Shown here: in pieces, positions 50,021 through 61,073 of the stretch
How the letters are laid out: every line of letters starts with the position of its first letter
Numbering within the stretch: position 1 is the stretch's first letter
DNA from: an uncultured Bacteroides sp.
GTDB taxonomy: Bacteria > Bacteroidota > Bacteroidia > Bacteroidales > Bacteroidaceae
Direction of reading: 5' to 3'
Assembly: GCA_964528875.1 (NCBI GenBank)
Contig: CAZGUI010000004.1
Span: forward strand, 3,627 to 67,626
DNA length: 64,000 nt
The notes under the pieces: model-generated
Told to the model about the DNA's origin: nothing
Database searches by the model: none
Seen by the model: the letters and a program-made list of their open reading frames with translations, nothing else
Made by a program: the position numbers and the translations under genes

Positions 50021-50290
50021 TCAAGTTTTGCTCCATCTTTTTAATGTAGGAAAAAATTCTTTCATCTTATTTATAGCTGCTTCTCTATTTATTTTATTAT
50101 CAGCTCCCACATTGAAACGATCGAAGAAAGAGACACAGTGTGCAATCATTTCATCCATAGTACAAAGTATTGTAAACTTTCCTTTATGATAACAATAGGT
50201 GCAATACTCTTGGTTTAGACTTTCATCGGCATTTGTTCCTTTTAATTCATCTGAATCAATAGGCATACCACAACTTTGGCAAAGACTCAT
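50021..50290 (-). CDS. Zinc-ribbon domain protein
   Basis: 89 aa. CQSCGMP...CTYCYHKG four-Cys zinc ribbon at the N-terminus. Confidence 0.7.
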   Translation of the reverse strand: MSLCQSCGMPIDSDELKGTNADESLNQEYCTYCYHKGKFTILCTMDEMIAHCVSFFDRFNVGADNKINREAAINKMKEFFPTLKRWSKT

Positions 50291-50522
50291 AGTTTGAAGG
50301 GTTTTGAGGTTATTCCACTAGCTGTAATTTAGCATTTCTTTTGTAGTTATACTAGTTATCTGATGATTATTTTTTGTTGCAAATTAATTTAAATTCATTC
50401 TAATCATTCTTTCTTGTTTTCGGTTTTTAACTAATTCACAATAACTCTCTATCTGAAAGAACTTTATTTTAGAGAATATTGTCTTTTTGTTGTATTTTTG
50501 TCGGAAAATAGAATATGACCTT

Positions 50523-53015
50523 ATGATATATCCTTCTAATTTTGAACAAAAGATAGAGTTTGATCAAATCCGACAACTGTTGAAAAACAAGTGCCTCAGT
50601 ACGTTAGGAGAAGAATGTGTGGATCATCTCACTTTCTCATCGGATTTTGAAACTATATATAAACAGATTCATCAAGTCAATGAATTTGTCTCCATATTGC
50701 AAGAGGAAGCCGGTTTTCCGGATCAATACTTTTATGATATTCGTCCCTCATTGAAAAGAATACGTATTGAAGGATTATATCTTAACGAGCAGGAATTATT
50801 CGATTTCTGCCGCTCATTACAAACCATTCAGGATATTCTTTCTTTTTTTCAAAAAGCAGTAAACGAAGAAACTAATCCTTCTTATCCCTACCTGGTAGAG
50901 TTAACAGAATCGGTAGCAACTTTTCCTCAACTCATAAAAGCTATTCACTCCATATTAGATAAATATGGTAAAATAAAAGATACTGCATCTACTGAGTTGG
51001 CACGAATAAGAAGAGAGTTAGCTAATACAACAAACAGTATTTCACACTCTTTGCAACGTATTTTACGTTCAGCACAGGCAGATGGTTTTGTAGAAAAAGA
51101 CGTAACCCCTACTATGCGTGATGGGCGTTTAGTAATCCCTGTATTACCCGGTTTGAAGCGAAAAATAAAAGGTATCGTTCACGATGAGTCTGCAAGTGGA
51201 CGCACAGTCTATATTGAACCTTCGAGTGTTGTAGAAGCGAATAACAGAGTTCGTGAACTTGAAAATGATGAACGCAAGGAAATTATACGCATTCTTGTTG
51301 ATTTTTCAGCAAAAATAAAACCGTTTATACCCGACTTAATTAATTCATACCAGTTTTTGGCTATTATAGATTTCACTAGAGCCAAGAGTTTATTTGCCAT
51401 TGAAACAGAGAGTATTGCTCCTACATTGGAAAACAAACAACTCATAGAGTGGAATAAAGCGATACATCCATTGTTAGCCAAATCTTTAGCTAAAAACAAC
51501 CGTACAGTTGTTCCTTTGGACATCATACTAAATAAACAACAACGTATATTATTGATATCGGGACCAAATGCCGGAGGGAAATCTGTCTGTTTGAAAACAG
51601 TTGGACTATTACAATATATGTTGCAATGTGGACTTTTAATTCCAGTTCATGAAAGTAGTTCTGCCGGAGTATTTGAATCTCTATTCATTGACATAGGAGA
51701 TGAACAATCTATTGAAGACGACTTAAGTACCTACTCTTCTCACCTTACCAATATGAAGATTATGTTAAGAAAGACAACGCCAGAAAGTCTGATCTTAATT
51801 GATGAGTTTGGAGGAGGAACAGAACCACAAATTGGTGGAGCTATTGCTCAAGCCATTCTTAAGCGTTTAAATGAACGAGAGACTTTTGGAGTTATCACGA
51901 CACATTATCAAAACCTTAAGTTTTTTGCTGAAGATAATGAAGGTATTGTTAATGGTGCTATGTTATATGATAGACATCGCATGGAGGCACTTTACCAGTT
52001 ACAAATTGGTAATCCCGGAAGTTCTTTTGCGGTGGAAATAGCACGAAAAATAGGCCTACCTGAAGATGTTATACAAGAAGCATCTGACTTGGTGGGTACT
52101 GAATATGTTAACGCTGATAAATACCTCCAAGATATTGTTCGCGATAAACGTTATTGGGAAAAGAAACGCCAAAACATACGCAGACAAGAACGTCAGTTAG
52201 AAGATTCTATTAATAAATATCACTTTCAAATTGAAGATCTACATACTAAAGAAAAAGAAATTATTAATAAAGCCAAAGAAGATGCTCAACGCCTATTGAA
52301 TGAATCGAATGCAAAAATTGAAAATACCATTCGAGTTATAAAAGAAGAACAGGCAGAAAAAGAGTTAACACGTAAAGTAAGAGCTGAACTGGAGCAACAT
52401 AAAAAAGAGCTTGAAGAATTTTCTCACAAAGAACGCAATGATATTGCTAAAAAAATGGAGCAAATCAAGGCTAGACAAAAACGAAAGGATCAAAAGAAAA
52501 AAGAGAAAGATCAACTCTCTACCTATACAACACCCACAGCTAAAGTGAAACCTTTAGCGGTAGGTGATAATGTACGTATAAAAGGACAACAGGTCATAGG
52601 TGAGATTTTAGAGCTTAAGGAGAATAATGCTGTGGTATTATATGGACAGATAAAAATGAACATTAAGTTAAACCAACTGGAAACATCTGATGCAAAACCG
52701 ACCCATAAACAACAAGTAAAAGCTACTTATATTAGTGAACAAACACAAGAACATATTCACGATAAGAGACTGGACTTTAAACAAGAAATAGATGTTAGAG
52801 GTATGCGAGGAGATGAAGCGTTACAAGCTGTAAATTACTTCATCGATGATGCTATTCTTGTTGGAGTAAGTAGAATTCGCATATTGCATGGTACGGGTAC
52901 AGGAATACTTAGAACATTAATTCGCCAACAACTGGAAGTCTCTCCTTTAGTAAAAAGATATCATGATGAACACATTCAAATGGGAGGAGCCGGTATCACT
53001 GTTGTTGAACTATAA
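50523..53015 (+). CDS. mutS2: Endonuclease MutS2
   Basis: The track start (50487) is a TTG, and that extension contains a TATTTTTG -7 box (50493-50500). ATG at 50523 gives MIYPSNFEQKIEFDQI. Walker A GPNAGGKS, Walker B LILIDEFGGGT, and a C-terminal Smr domain (IDVRGMRGDEAL, ILHGTGTGILR). Confidence 0.93.
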   Translation: MIYPSNFEQKIEFDQIRQLLKNKCLSTLGEECVDHLTFSSDFETIYKQIHQVNEFVSILQEEAGFPDQYFYDIRPSLKRIRIEGLYLNEQELFDFCRSLQTIQDILSFFQKAVNEETNPSYPYLVELTESVATFPQLIKAIHSILDKYGKIKDTASTELARIRRELANTTNSISHSLQRILRSAQADGFVEKDVTPTMRDGRLVIPVLPGLKRKIKGIVHDESASGRTVYIEPSSVVEANNRVRELENDERKEIIRILVDFSAKIKPFIPDLINSYQFLAIIDFTRAKSLFAIETESIAPTLENKQLIEWNKAIHPLLAKSLAKNNRTVVPLDIILNKQQRILLISGPNAGGKSVCLKTVGLLQYMLQCGLLIPVHESSSAGVFESLFIDIGDEQSIEDDLSTYSSHLTNMKIMLRKTTPESLILIDEFGGGTEPQIGGAIAQAILKRLNERETFGVITTHYQNLKFFAEDNEGIVNGAMLYDRHRMEALYQLQIGNPGSSFAVEIARKIGLPEDVIQEASDLVGTEYVNADKYLQDIVRDKRYWEKKRQNIRRQERQLEDSINKYHFQIEDLHTKEKEIINKAKEDAQRLLNESNAKIENTIRVIKEEQAEKELTRKVRAELEQHKKELEEFSHKERNDIAKKMEQIKARQKRKDQKKKEKDQLSTYTTPTAKVKPLAVGDNVRIKGQQVIGEILELKENNAVVLYGQIKMNIKLNQLETSDAKPTHKQQVKATYISEQTQEHIHDKRLDFKQEIDVRGMRGDEALQAVNYFIDDAILVGVSRIRILHGTGTGILRTLIRQQLEVSPLVKRYHDEHIQMGGAGITVVEL

Positions 53016-53219
53016 GGTATCGTTAATTTCCTATTTATCGCTTGGATACCAAAGGAGATAATCTGCTCATAAAAATCATAATAACACATTTTATGCGTTA
53101 TTTTTTTACTATTCCATTAATACTTCCTTATTTTCATCAAATAAAGAAATAATAGTGTTAAATTGTTATTTGTAATTTTCTAGTTGTACCATTAATAATG
53201 ATAAATACATTTTTTAGTA

Positions 53220-54428
53220 ATGAAAACCATAAAAGAATTATATAGAATAGGAACAGGACCTTCCAGTAGTCATACCATGGGACCACGCAAAGCAGCAGAA
53301 ATATATCTGGAGCGACATCCTGAAGCCCAAGCATTCGAAATTACCTTGTATGGTAGTTTAGCTGCTACAGGAAAAGGTCATATGACAGATGTTGCTATTC
53401 TTGATACTTTGGCACCTCATGCAAAGGTGGATATTATATGGAAACCCAAAGAGTTTCTCCCCTATCACCCCAATGCAATGACATTCAAAGCGCTTGATAA
53501 AGAAAATAAATTCATAGATGATTGGACGGTATACAGTGTAGGTGGTGGAGCTTTATCGGAAGGAGCTGAAGATTCTAGTATAGAAACACGAGAAGTTTAC
53601 TGCATGCATTATATGACAGATATTTTGGAGTGGTGTGAGAAAACAGGAAAAAACTATTGGGAATATGTAGAAGAGTGTGAAGATTCAGATATTTGGGATT
53701 ATCTAGAAGAGGTATGGATGACTATGAAAGAAGCCATAGAGAGAGGGTTAGATAAAGAAGGTGTTCTACCCGGCCCTTTAAATATAAGAAGAAAAGCTGC
53801 CACTTACTACATAAAATCAAGAGGGTTTACGGATTCATTACGAACCAGAGGATTAGTTTTTGCTTATGCTTTAGCTGTAAGTGAAGAAAATGCATCGGGA
53901 GGCAAAATTGTAACTGCTCCTACTTGTGGATCTTGTGGCGTAGTTCCTGCTGTTTTATATCATCTATATAAAAGCCGTGAATTCACCCGTGCTCGTATTT
54001 TACGTGCTTTAGCTACTGCTGGTCTTATTGGTAATGTAGTAAAACACAATGCCTCTATTTCCGGAGCTGAAGTAGGTTGTCAGGGAGAGATTGGTGTAGC
54101 CTGTGCAATGGCAGCGGGTGCTGCGAATCAGCTATTTGGAGGAAGTCCTGCACAAATTGAATATGCTGCAGAAATGGGATTGGAACATCACCTGGGTATG
54201 ACGTGTGATCCTGTAGCAGGTTTAGTTCAAATACCTTGTATAGAGCGAAATGCATACGCTGCTGCTCGTGCTTTAGATGCAAATTCTTTTTCTGCTTTTA
54301 CAGACGGAATACACCGAGTATCTTTTGATCGTGTGGTTGAAGTAATGAAACAAACAGGACACGATTTACCTTCTTTATACAAGGAAACTAGTGAAGGGGG
54401 ACTAGCAAAAAATTATAAACAAATGTAG
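53220..54428 (+). CDS. sdaA: L-serine ammonia-lyase, iron-sulfur-dependent, single-chain form
   Basis: GTGPSSSHTMGP start motif. TAPTCGSCGVVPAVL and GAEVGCQGEIGVACAMAA. Confidence 0.92.
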   Translation: MKTIKELYRIGTGPSSSHTMGPRKAAEIYLERHPEAQAFEITLYGSLAATGKGHMTDVAILDTLAPHAKVDIIWKPKEFLPYHPNAMTFKALDKENKFIDDWTVYSVGGGALSEGAEDSSIETREVYCMHYMTDILEWCEKTGKNYWEYVEECEDSDIWDYLEEVWMTMKEAIERGLDKEGVLPGPLNIRRKAATYYIKSRGFTDSLRTRGLVFAYALAVSEENASGGKIVTAPTCGSCGVVPAVLYHLYKSREFTRARILRALATAGLIGNVVKHNASISGAEVGCQGEIGVACAMAAGAANQLFGGSPAQIEYAAEMGLEHHLGMTCDPVAGLVQIPCIERNAYAAARALDANSFSAFTDGIHRVSFDRVVEVMKQTGHDLPSLYKETSEGGLAKNYKQM

Positions 54429-54509
54429 TTTTGTTTTAATAATATGAAATCCAAAATCACTTCATATAACTCACTAGAGTCTTTATAACTTCAAAGTGCA
54501 TCTATAATC

Positions 54510-54542
54510 GGTTTAGGACTGAGGATGTTTAGGTTAGGTTCC
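54510..54542 (+). repeat. Probable decayed copy of the GC-rich phased element
   Basis: GGTTTAGGACT (54510) and GGTTAGGTTCC (54532) keep the 22-bp phasing. CGGTTTAGGACTGA matches CGGTCTAGGACTGA at 13 of 14 positions. The remainder is degraded, largely by C-to-T changes. Confidence 0.4.
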
Positions 54543-54630
54543 CAAAAATAAAATTAGCACAGTACTCACTTTGATAGCTCTCAGAGTGAGTAAAAGTTTA
54601 ATACACATCGATTTTATTTACGTTTAGTAC

Positions 54631-54669
54631 AAAAAGGCACTCATTATAGGAATAATGAGTGCCTTTTTT
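54631..54669. terminator. Bidirectional intrinsic terminator between sdaA and mgtE
   Basis: AGGCACTCATTAT (54635-54647) pairs with ATAATGAGTGCCT (54652-54664). Flanked by an A5 run and a T6 run. Confidence 0.8.
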
Positions 54670-54694
54670 ATTGTATTGAGGCTTATTCTATAGC

Positions 54695-56056
54695 TTAGGC
54701 TACAAAATCGGGTATTAGTTTTGTGGCTAGCCAGAAATAAATCATTAAAGCACAAGCATCTACTACTGTAGTAATCAGTGGACCTGCCATAACTGCCGGA
54801 TCAACTTTTATCACTTTAGCAAATATAGGAAGAAGTGAGCCAACGACCTTTGCTAAAATTACAGTAGCATATAAACTTAAACAAATAACAAAGATTACGT
54901 TAATAGGAACATCAGTATCAAAGAAATAGACACGAATGAAGTTAAGGATTGCGAGGATAACACCCACAATTATACTGATACGAAACTCTTTCCATAAAAC
55001 CTTTAAAAAGTCTTTAGGTTCAATCTCACCTAAAGCCATACCTCGAATAACCAATGTAGAAGCTTGTGCTCCTGCATTACCTCCAGTATCCATCAACATA
55101 GGTATAAAGGCTGCCAACATAACCGCAGATTGAAGAACCTCTTCATATCTACGAATAATCAAAGCGGTAAATGTGGCTGAAACCATTAATACAATTAACC
55201 AAGAGATACGATGTCCTGCATGAGATAGAACAGACTCTTTAAGGTACTCATCTTTCGATGGATCAATAGCCGCCATCTTATGAATATCCTCCGTACTTTC
55301 ATCAACGATAACGTCCATAATATCATCTGAAGTAATAATACCAACTAAACGGTTTTCTTTATCTATGACAGGCATCGAGCTTAAGTCATACTTTCTAAAT
55401 AGTTCTGCAACAACCTCCTGGTCTTCTGTAGTACCTACTGCTACTACATTGGTATCCATGATGTCTTTTATTAAGCTAGTTTCAGGTGAAAGCACCATAT
55501 CTTTTAAAGAAAGAACTCCCTCCAGCTTACGTGTTTCGTCAATAACAAAACACATATTGTTGTTGTTTTTTTGATCCGCCATTGTCTTGTAAAAAGCCAT
55601 AGCTTCACTTACTGTCATATAACTTCTCAATGGAACATATTCAACCGTCATCACGCTACCCGCACTGTCATCAGGATATTGTAAGAATGTATTAATTTGT
55701 TTTCTTATTTCAGGAGAGGCATGTTCCAATATTCTATTAACCAAGTTTGCAGGTAACTCTTCTATGAAATCCACCGTATCATCCAATTGCATCTCAGTTA
55801 TAATCGATTGAATTTCCTCATTACTAATTCGTTCAACAACATCCTTCTGAATATCGTGAGGTAAATTACTAAAAACCTCTGCTGAAATATCTTTAGGTAA
55901 AATTCGGAATAAATACAACGATTTCTCATGAGATAAATCATCAAACAGACTGGCTATATCAATAGGGTTCATTGTTGCCAACATCTGACGAGCACCTTCA
56001 AATCGATGTTCTTTAATTTGTTTTGCCAATTCTTCTAAAACTTCCTCTCTGTACAT
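54695..56056 (-). CDS. mgtE: Magnesium transporter MgtE
   Basis: MgtE N-domain, tandem CBS domains and a C-terminal 5-TM domain with FIPMLMDTGGNAGAQAST. Confidence 0.93.
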   Translation of the reverse strand: MYREEVLEELAKQIKEHRFEGARQMLATMNPIDIASLFDDLSHEKSLYLFRILPKDISAEVFSNLPHDIQKDVVERISNEEIQSIITEMQLDDTVDFIEELPANLVNRILEHASPEIRKQINTFLQYPDDSAGSVMTVEYVPLRSYMTVSEAMAFYKTMADQKNNNNMCFVIDETRKLEGVLSLKDMVLSPETSLIKDIMDTNVVAVGTTEDQEVVAELFRKYDLSSMPVIDKENRLVGIITSDDIMDVIVDESTEDIHKMAAIDPSKDEYLKESVLSHAGHRISWLIVLMVSATFTALIIRRYEEVLQSAVMLAAFIPMLMDTGGNAGAQASTLVIRGMALGEIEPKDFLKVLWKEFRISIIVGVILAILNFIRVYFFDTDVPINVIFVICLSLYATVILAKVVGSLLPIFAKVIKVDPAVMAGPLITTVVDACALMIYFWLATKLIPDFVA

Positions 56057-56625
56057 TCTTATTTATTTTATGGAAAACAAATGACTCCCTTATTCCAAAA
56101 ATCCTTGTTTTCTCATATGAATAATTCATTTAGTTATCACGTAAAGAACACAGTAAAATACTGTATACTAACTTTGTTTTTCCATAAGTCATAACACTAA
56201 AAAAAGTAATCTTTACTATTAAAAAAGAAAATAAAAGGATTTTAGGGATTAGAGAATCTAAAAAACTCCTTTTCAATGCAAGATTTTACTTGCGACTTAT
56301 AGATTGGCTTATTTATAAACTGGAGCTACACAATCGATCCGGTTCTCGGAAAAGATAAATGTGGAATTTTCGGTAGGAGAAAATAAAATAAGCAACATCG
56401 AAATCACCTGATTGTTGCCTATAAACACTCTTGACCAGATTTTCAATAGTAAATATCTGGCGTTTTCTTTTATCTTTATTTCTTACACTTAATATCATAT
56501 CTAAATGAAATAAAGCTATTAAAAACTTTTTGATTAACTGTGTTCTCTATTATTATGCAGTAGATATACTTCTGCACTACAAAGAAACAAAATGATAATG
56601 AAACAGCCAAAGGAAAGGTTTTTTT

Positions 56626-57879
56626 TTACCAACCTAAATCACTCCACCCGCCTGCTCTATACCATTGATGCGTTTTGTAATGTTCTGTCATAGGTTCATA
56701 ACCAGTACGAGGAATATAGAAAGAAAGACCGTGAGTACCTTCAACAGAAAATAAATTATATCTATCATGTGAAGAATAAATTTTAGGAGTATGACGATAA
56801 TAAACCATTTGATAATAGATAGATTTCCATTCATTAAACAAGAGTTTATAATCTTCGTCATTAATATTCACAGACTCTAGAAATGCATAAATATCATGAT
56901 AAAACCTTAGAGAAGAATAATCTCCAGATCTTCTTAAATCATAAAAAGGCAGCTCTTTTAAATAAATATTTTCTTTTTGTAGATAAGACAATAGTTGACG
57001 AGTTATTTGTGTTAGTTCTTCGATGTATTGTATATCAATAGATGATAAAGCAATTCCCCCAGTCCAATTATCATTACTATTTTTAAGAGCATCATCTACA
57101 TATTTAGGTGCATAATAATCAAAATATGAATCTAAAATCTTCTTAGAGCAATTTGTGCTTAGATCAAAAAGAGAAGGAAGTAAAACATTATAAGGACCTC
57201 CAGGTCCTGGTACTTCAGTAGGCGAACCTATTAAATGTTTTACCGAGTGACGTAACTCATAGGCAACTTCAATGGATTGCATAAAACAAGCATCAAATAA
57301 GAGATAATCTAACTTAGTACCTATATTATTTGTTACATTCTCTAATATTTTGGCCAAATCGGTAATATTAATAGCCTTTCCGTTATCATCACCAAAAGCA
57401 CGTACTTTAATGGATGGATAAGGTAACCATCCATCGGCATGAGATTCCATTACTAAACCATATGACTCACTTGGATATTTTGAGTACGCATCAATGAGTA
57501 TATCTCGCATTACATCTGGGTCTGTAGAATTCATTTGCTCATCATAGGTTTCTAGGATTTTCTCCACTACTCTTCCTTGCTTATCTTTTTCTAATTTTAT
57601 TAATTGAGGAACTATATAATACTTAGAAATACTAATAAAAACGATTAGAGTAAAATCCTCCTCATTGTTGAGCTTGGAAAATCCTTCTTTAATTTCGTTA
57701 TAATCCGTTTTTAAATCATTATAGATAGTATTTTTCCCAATAAGATACACGAGTACAGTACGTTTACTTTTTTCTCGTTGTGGTTCAGGGTCTGATTTTT
57801 CACAAGAAGTAAATAAAAATCCCAAGAGCAAAAAAGATAAAAGGAAGGATAGAACAGAAGGCTTCATTATTTGCATCAA
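56626..57879 (-). CDS. Clostripain-like (C11 family) cysteine peptidase lipoprotein
   Basis: Lipobox LFTSCEKS. Catalytic His context VMESHADGW and Cys context LLFDACFMQS. Confidence 0.8.
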   Translation of the reverse strand: MMQIMKPSVLSFLLSFLLLGFLFTSCEKSDPEPQREKSKRTVLVYLIGKNTIYNDLKTDYNEIKEGFSKLNNEEDFTLIVFISISKYYIVPQLIKLEKDKQGRVVEKILETYDEQMNSTDPDVMRDILIDAYSKYPSESYGLVMESHADGWLPYPSIKVRAFGDDNGKAINITDLAKILENVTNNIGTKLDYLLFDACFMQSIEVAYELRHSVKHLIGSPTEVPGPGGPYNVLLPSLFDLSTNCSKKILDSYFDYYAPKYVDDALKNSNDNWTGGIALSSIDIQYIEELTQITRQLLSYLQKENIYLKELPFYDLRRSGDYSSLRFYHDIYAFLESVNINDEDYKLLFNEWKSIYYQMVYYRHTPKIYSSHDRYNLFSVEGTHGLSFYIPRTGYEPMTEHYKTHQWYRAGGWSDLGW

Positions 57880-57884
57880 TTAAA

Positions 57885-58301
57885 TTATTCGTTATCTTCT
57901 GATGTCAAAGGATTCTTAAACTCAAACTCATTAATAGAGATAGGAACTATGGTATATGTAGATTCCTTTTTATATCTACGAAGTAATGAAGATAGATTTT
58001 TCTCTAATTTATTTTTGTCTTTAGAAAAATAAATAGCACAAGTAGGATTAAATCCCTCTTTCTCCACTTCTAAATAGCCTTTTAGTTGGTAACTGTATCT
58101 ATCTCTACCTTTAAGAAGACCGTTTACTAATTCACCGTTAGGCAATTCTTGCACATCAGTATAGTAAATAATGGGAGATTGAAAAGACATAGATACCCCA
58201 ACAACGTAAATTTTATTTTTCTCTTTCTTCCCTGCTTTAAGAGTGGCAGTACTCAATGTAAATCCTAAAAACAAACAAAGAAAAACTTTTAGATATCTCA
58301 T
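57885..58301 (-). CDS. Small secreted protein, unknown function, co-oriented 5 nt upstream of the C11 peptidase
   Basis: 138 aa with the signal peptide MRYLKVFLCLFLGFTLSTATLKA. No known motif. Confidence 0.6.
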   Translation of the reverse strand: MRYLKVFLCLFLGFTLSTATLKAGKKEKNKIYVVGVSMSFQSPIIYYTDVQELPNGELVNGLLKGRDRYSYQLKGYLEVEKEGFNPTCAIYFSKDKNKLEKNLSSLLRRYKKESTYTIVPISINEFEFKNPLTSEDNE

Positions 58302-58434
58302 AATTGATTTTTTTCTTAAAATAATACTACAAATATAATAAAAAGGTCTTTCTTAACTTAGTTATCAGGCATTATATTTCACTATTCAATAAGTACATAC
58401 CTCACCCAAAAGAATAGCTAATGTTTAAGAGAAC

Positions 58435-58462
58435 AAAAAAGCCAGCAAATAAATTTACTGGC
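58435..58462 (-). terminator. Intrinsic terminator after rpoD
   Basis: AGCCAG/CTGGCT stem (58440-58445 with 58458-58463). A T6 run follows on the minus strand. Confidence 0.5.
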
Positions 58463-58497
58463 TAGTATTTTGAACCTTAACCTTTAAGGTATTTAGT

Positions 58498-59358
58498 TTA
58501 TCCTAAATAAGATTTTAGTAACTTGCTGCGATCATCTTGACGTAGTCTACGAATTGCTTTTTCTTTTATTTGGCGAACACGCTCACGAGTTAATCCGAAG
58601 CGATCTCCAATTTCTTCCAAAGTCATTTCTTGACGTCCAATACCAAAGAACATTTGAATTATCTCTTTTTCACGACCAGTTAAAGTAGATAATGCACGAT
58701 CAATTTCTTTTGATAAAGATTCATCAACCAAGGTACTATCGGCACGAGGAGAATCATCATTAACTAAAACATCTAACAAGCTATTATCTTCACCTTCCAC
58801 AAAAGGAGCATCTACAGAAATATGACGACCAGAGACCTTCAAGGTATCACGAACTTTGTCAACAGGCATATCCAGTTCATCAGCTATCTCCTGAGGAGAA
58901 GGACGACGTTCATTTTCTTGTTCAAAACGAGAAAAGGCCTTGTTGATTTTGTTGAGTGAGCCTACTTGATTCAGTGGTAATCTAACAATTCTAGATTGTT
59001 CAGCTAAAGCTTGTAATATAGATTGACGAATCCACCAAACAGCATAACTAATGAATTTAAATCCACGAGTTTCATCAAATTTTTCTGCTGCTTTTATCAA
59101 ACCCAAGTTACCTTCATTAATAAGGTCTGGTAAACTTAATCCCTGATTTTGATACTGTTTAGCAACAGATACAACGAATCGTAAATTTGCTCTTGTTAGT
59201 TTTTCCAAAGCACGACGATCGCCTTGCTTTATTTTTTGAGCCAATTCCACCTCTTCTTCTACAGTAATTAAGTCCTCACGACCTATTTCTTGTAAATATT
59301 TATCAAGAGATGCACTTTCTCTATTCGTAATGCTTTTAGTAATTTTTAACTGTCTCAT
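58498..59358 (-). CDS. rpoD: Primary RNA polymerase sigma factor (short Bacteroidota RpoD)
   Basis: 286 aa. Region 2 [17 protein letters not shown]...[13 protein letters not shown], and region 4 [27 protein letters not shown]. Confidence 0.93.
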   Translation of the reverse strand: MRQLKITKSITNRESASLDKYLQEIGREDLITVEEEVELAQKIKQGDRRALEKLTRANLRFVVSVAKQYQNQGLSLPDLINEGNLGLIKAAEKFDETRGFKFISYAVWWIRQSILQALAEQSRIVRLPLNQVGSLNKINKAFSRFEQENERRPSPQEIADELDMPVDKVRDTLKVSGRHISVDAPFVEGEDNSLLDVLVNDDSPRADSTLVDESLSKEIDRALSTLTGREKEIIQMFFGIGRQEMTLEEIGDRFGLTRERVRQIKEKAIRRLRQDDRSKLLKSYLG

Positions 59359-59534
59359 TCTGTATAAATCGATTTTTCAGCTCGCAAAGATAATTATAAT
59401 ATACTTAATATTAAAACTTTGCACCACATTTTACAAACACACACTCTACTATAACAAAAAATAGGCTGACATGTTTTAATGCCAGCACTATTTTTTGTTT
59501 GTTTATAGTTAATGTAATCTAAAAATAAGAAATC

Positions 59535-61073
59535 TTAATCTTGAATTAAATCAACTGCATAGAAAGCTCTTTTTCCTGAAGGGAAAATACCAGTTATAAA
59601 CAACACCGGATTAGTTGACTTAGATGCTGCTTTCATCTCTTCTTCAAGATCACTCACCTTACGCATTGGTTTATCATTTACACGTAATATAATAAATCCT
59701 TTCTTTATTCCTGCTTTAGCCATTTTACCAGCAGTTACACCAGAAACTTCTAATCCATAGCCAAGATTTAACTCTTTTTTCTTTTCATCAGAAAGCTCAA
59801 CAAACCCTGCGCCTAACAATTCCATGTCAGCATCTTTTACAATCTTGGTTGTACCTTGCTCGTTCTTTAATACTACATCAATCTCTTTCTCTTTTTTCTG
59901 ACGTATAACTTTTACTCTTACTTTATCACCGGGACGATGTTTAGCCAAAGCTTCTTGAAGAGAAGCAAAGCTAGATACTTTTTTACCATCTATGCCTATA
60001 ATAACATCATTCTCCTTTAAGTCTGAATTAGCAGCTGCACCACCATCAACAATTTCTGAAATTAAGAACCCTTCGGAAACACCTAGTTCCTTAGCTTTTT
60101 CTTTTACTTCTTCGGTTAAACTTGGATCACTATAGAAGAATCGATCATCAGATAAAGACATTCCTTTAACTCCTAACAATGCACGTTGGACTGTACCATA
60201 TTGTTTGATATCAGTAATAACCTTTGTCATAATAGACGAAGGAATAGCAAATCCATAACCTGCATAAGTTCCGGTTGGAGAAGTTAAGACAGCATTAATT
60301 CCTATTAATTCTCCTTTTGAATTAACTAGTGCACCTCCACTATTTCCTTGGTTAATAGCTGCATCTGTTTGAATAAACGATTCTATACCACCATTATAAA
60401 CACCTAAAGACCGTGCTTTTGCACTTACAATACCTGCAGTTACAGTAGACGTTAAGTTAAAGGGATTACCAACAGCCAACACCCACTCTCCTACTTTTAT
60501 GTCTTCAGAATTTCCAATAGGGATAGTGGGTAAATCATCTTTCGCTTCTACTTTAACCAAAGCCAAATCTGTACTAGGATCAGTTCCAATTATTCTACCA
60601 ATAAATTCACGATGGTCGTTTAGTTTTACAGTAATTTCATCGGCTCCTTCAATGACGTGATTATTAGTAACGATGTAACCATCTTTTGAAATAATTACCC
60701 CAGAGCCAAATCCAACACGTGGTTCAGTTTGATATTGACGTTCACCTCCTCCTCTTGGATCACCAAAGAAGAAATCAAAGATGTCGGGAGCACGTCTTAT
60801 GGTTTTTGTTTTTGAAAGCTGAGTGGAACGTATGTGAACCACAGCATTTACAGATGATTCTGCTGCAACAGTTAAGTCTACAGGTTGGGCATCCATACGA
60901 TTAAAAGCTGCTGTCTGAGTTAACGGACTTTGCTCAAACACCTCATTAAATGTTTTCACTGACTCTAACTTGTTTGAACGCTCTGCAACTTTATAGGCTG
61001 TAACTCCAGCCACTCCTGCAGAGAGTAGAACAAGCAGAGAAATTCCTAAAATGTTTTTACTTATTCTTTTCAT
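59535..61073 (-). CDS. htrA: Do/HtrA family periplasmic serine endopeptidase with two PDZ domains
   Basis: Triad contexts TNNHVIEG, STDLALVK and GNSGGALVN, followed by two PDZ-like regions. Confidence 0.92.
   Translation of the reverse strand: MKRISKNILGISLLVLLSAGVAGVTAYKVAERSNKLESVKTFNEVFEQSPLTQTAAFNRMDAQPVDLTVAAESSVNAVVHIRSTQLSKTKTIRRAPDIFDFFFGDPRGGGERQYQTEPRVGFGSGVIISKDGYIVTNNHVIEGADEITVKLNDHREFIGRIIGTDPSTDLALVKVEAKDDLPTIPIGNSEDIKVGEWVLAVGNPFNLTSTVTAGIVSAKARSLGVYNGGIESFIQTDAAINQGNSGGALVNSKGELIGINAVLTSPTGTYAGYGFAIPSSIMTKVITDIKQYGTVQRALLGVKGMSLSDDRFFYSDPSLTEEVKEKAKELGVSEGFLISEIVDGGAAANSDLKENDVIIGIDGKKVSSFASLQEALAKHRPGDKVRVKVIRQKKEKEIDVVLKNEQGTTKIVKDADMELLGAGFVELSDEKKKELNLGYGLEVSGVTAGKMAKAGIKKGFIILRVNDKPMRKVSDLEEEMKAASKSTNPVLFITGIFPSGKRAFYAVDLIQD

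Noticed and set aside
56057-56625. A 570-bp leader upstream of mgtE, inspected for an M-box (Mg) riboswitch, plus the 61-aa ORF 56313-56498.
   Set aside because: The minus strand has AGGTGA and CCGAAAA fragments, but I could not assemble the conserved M-box core or its helices. M-box elements are mainly a Firmicutes feature. The ORF has no supporting signals. An Infernal scan would settle this.
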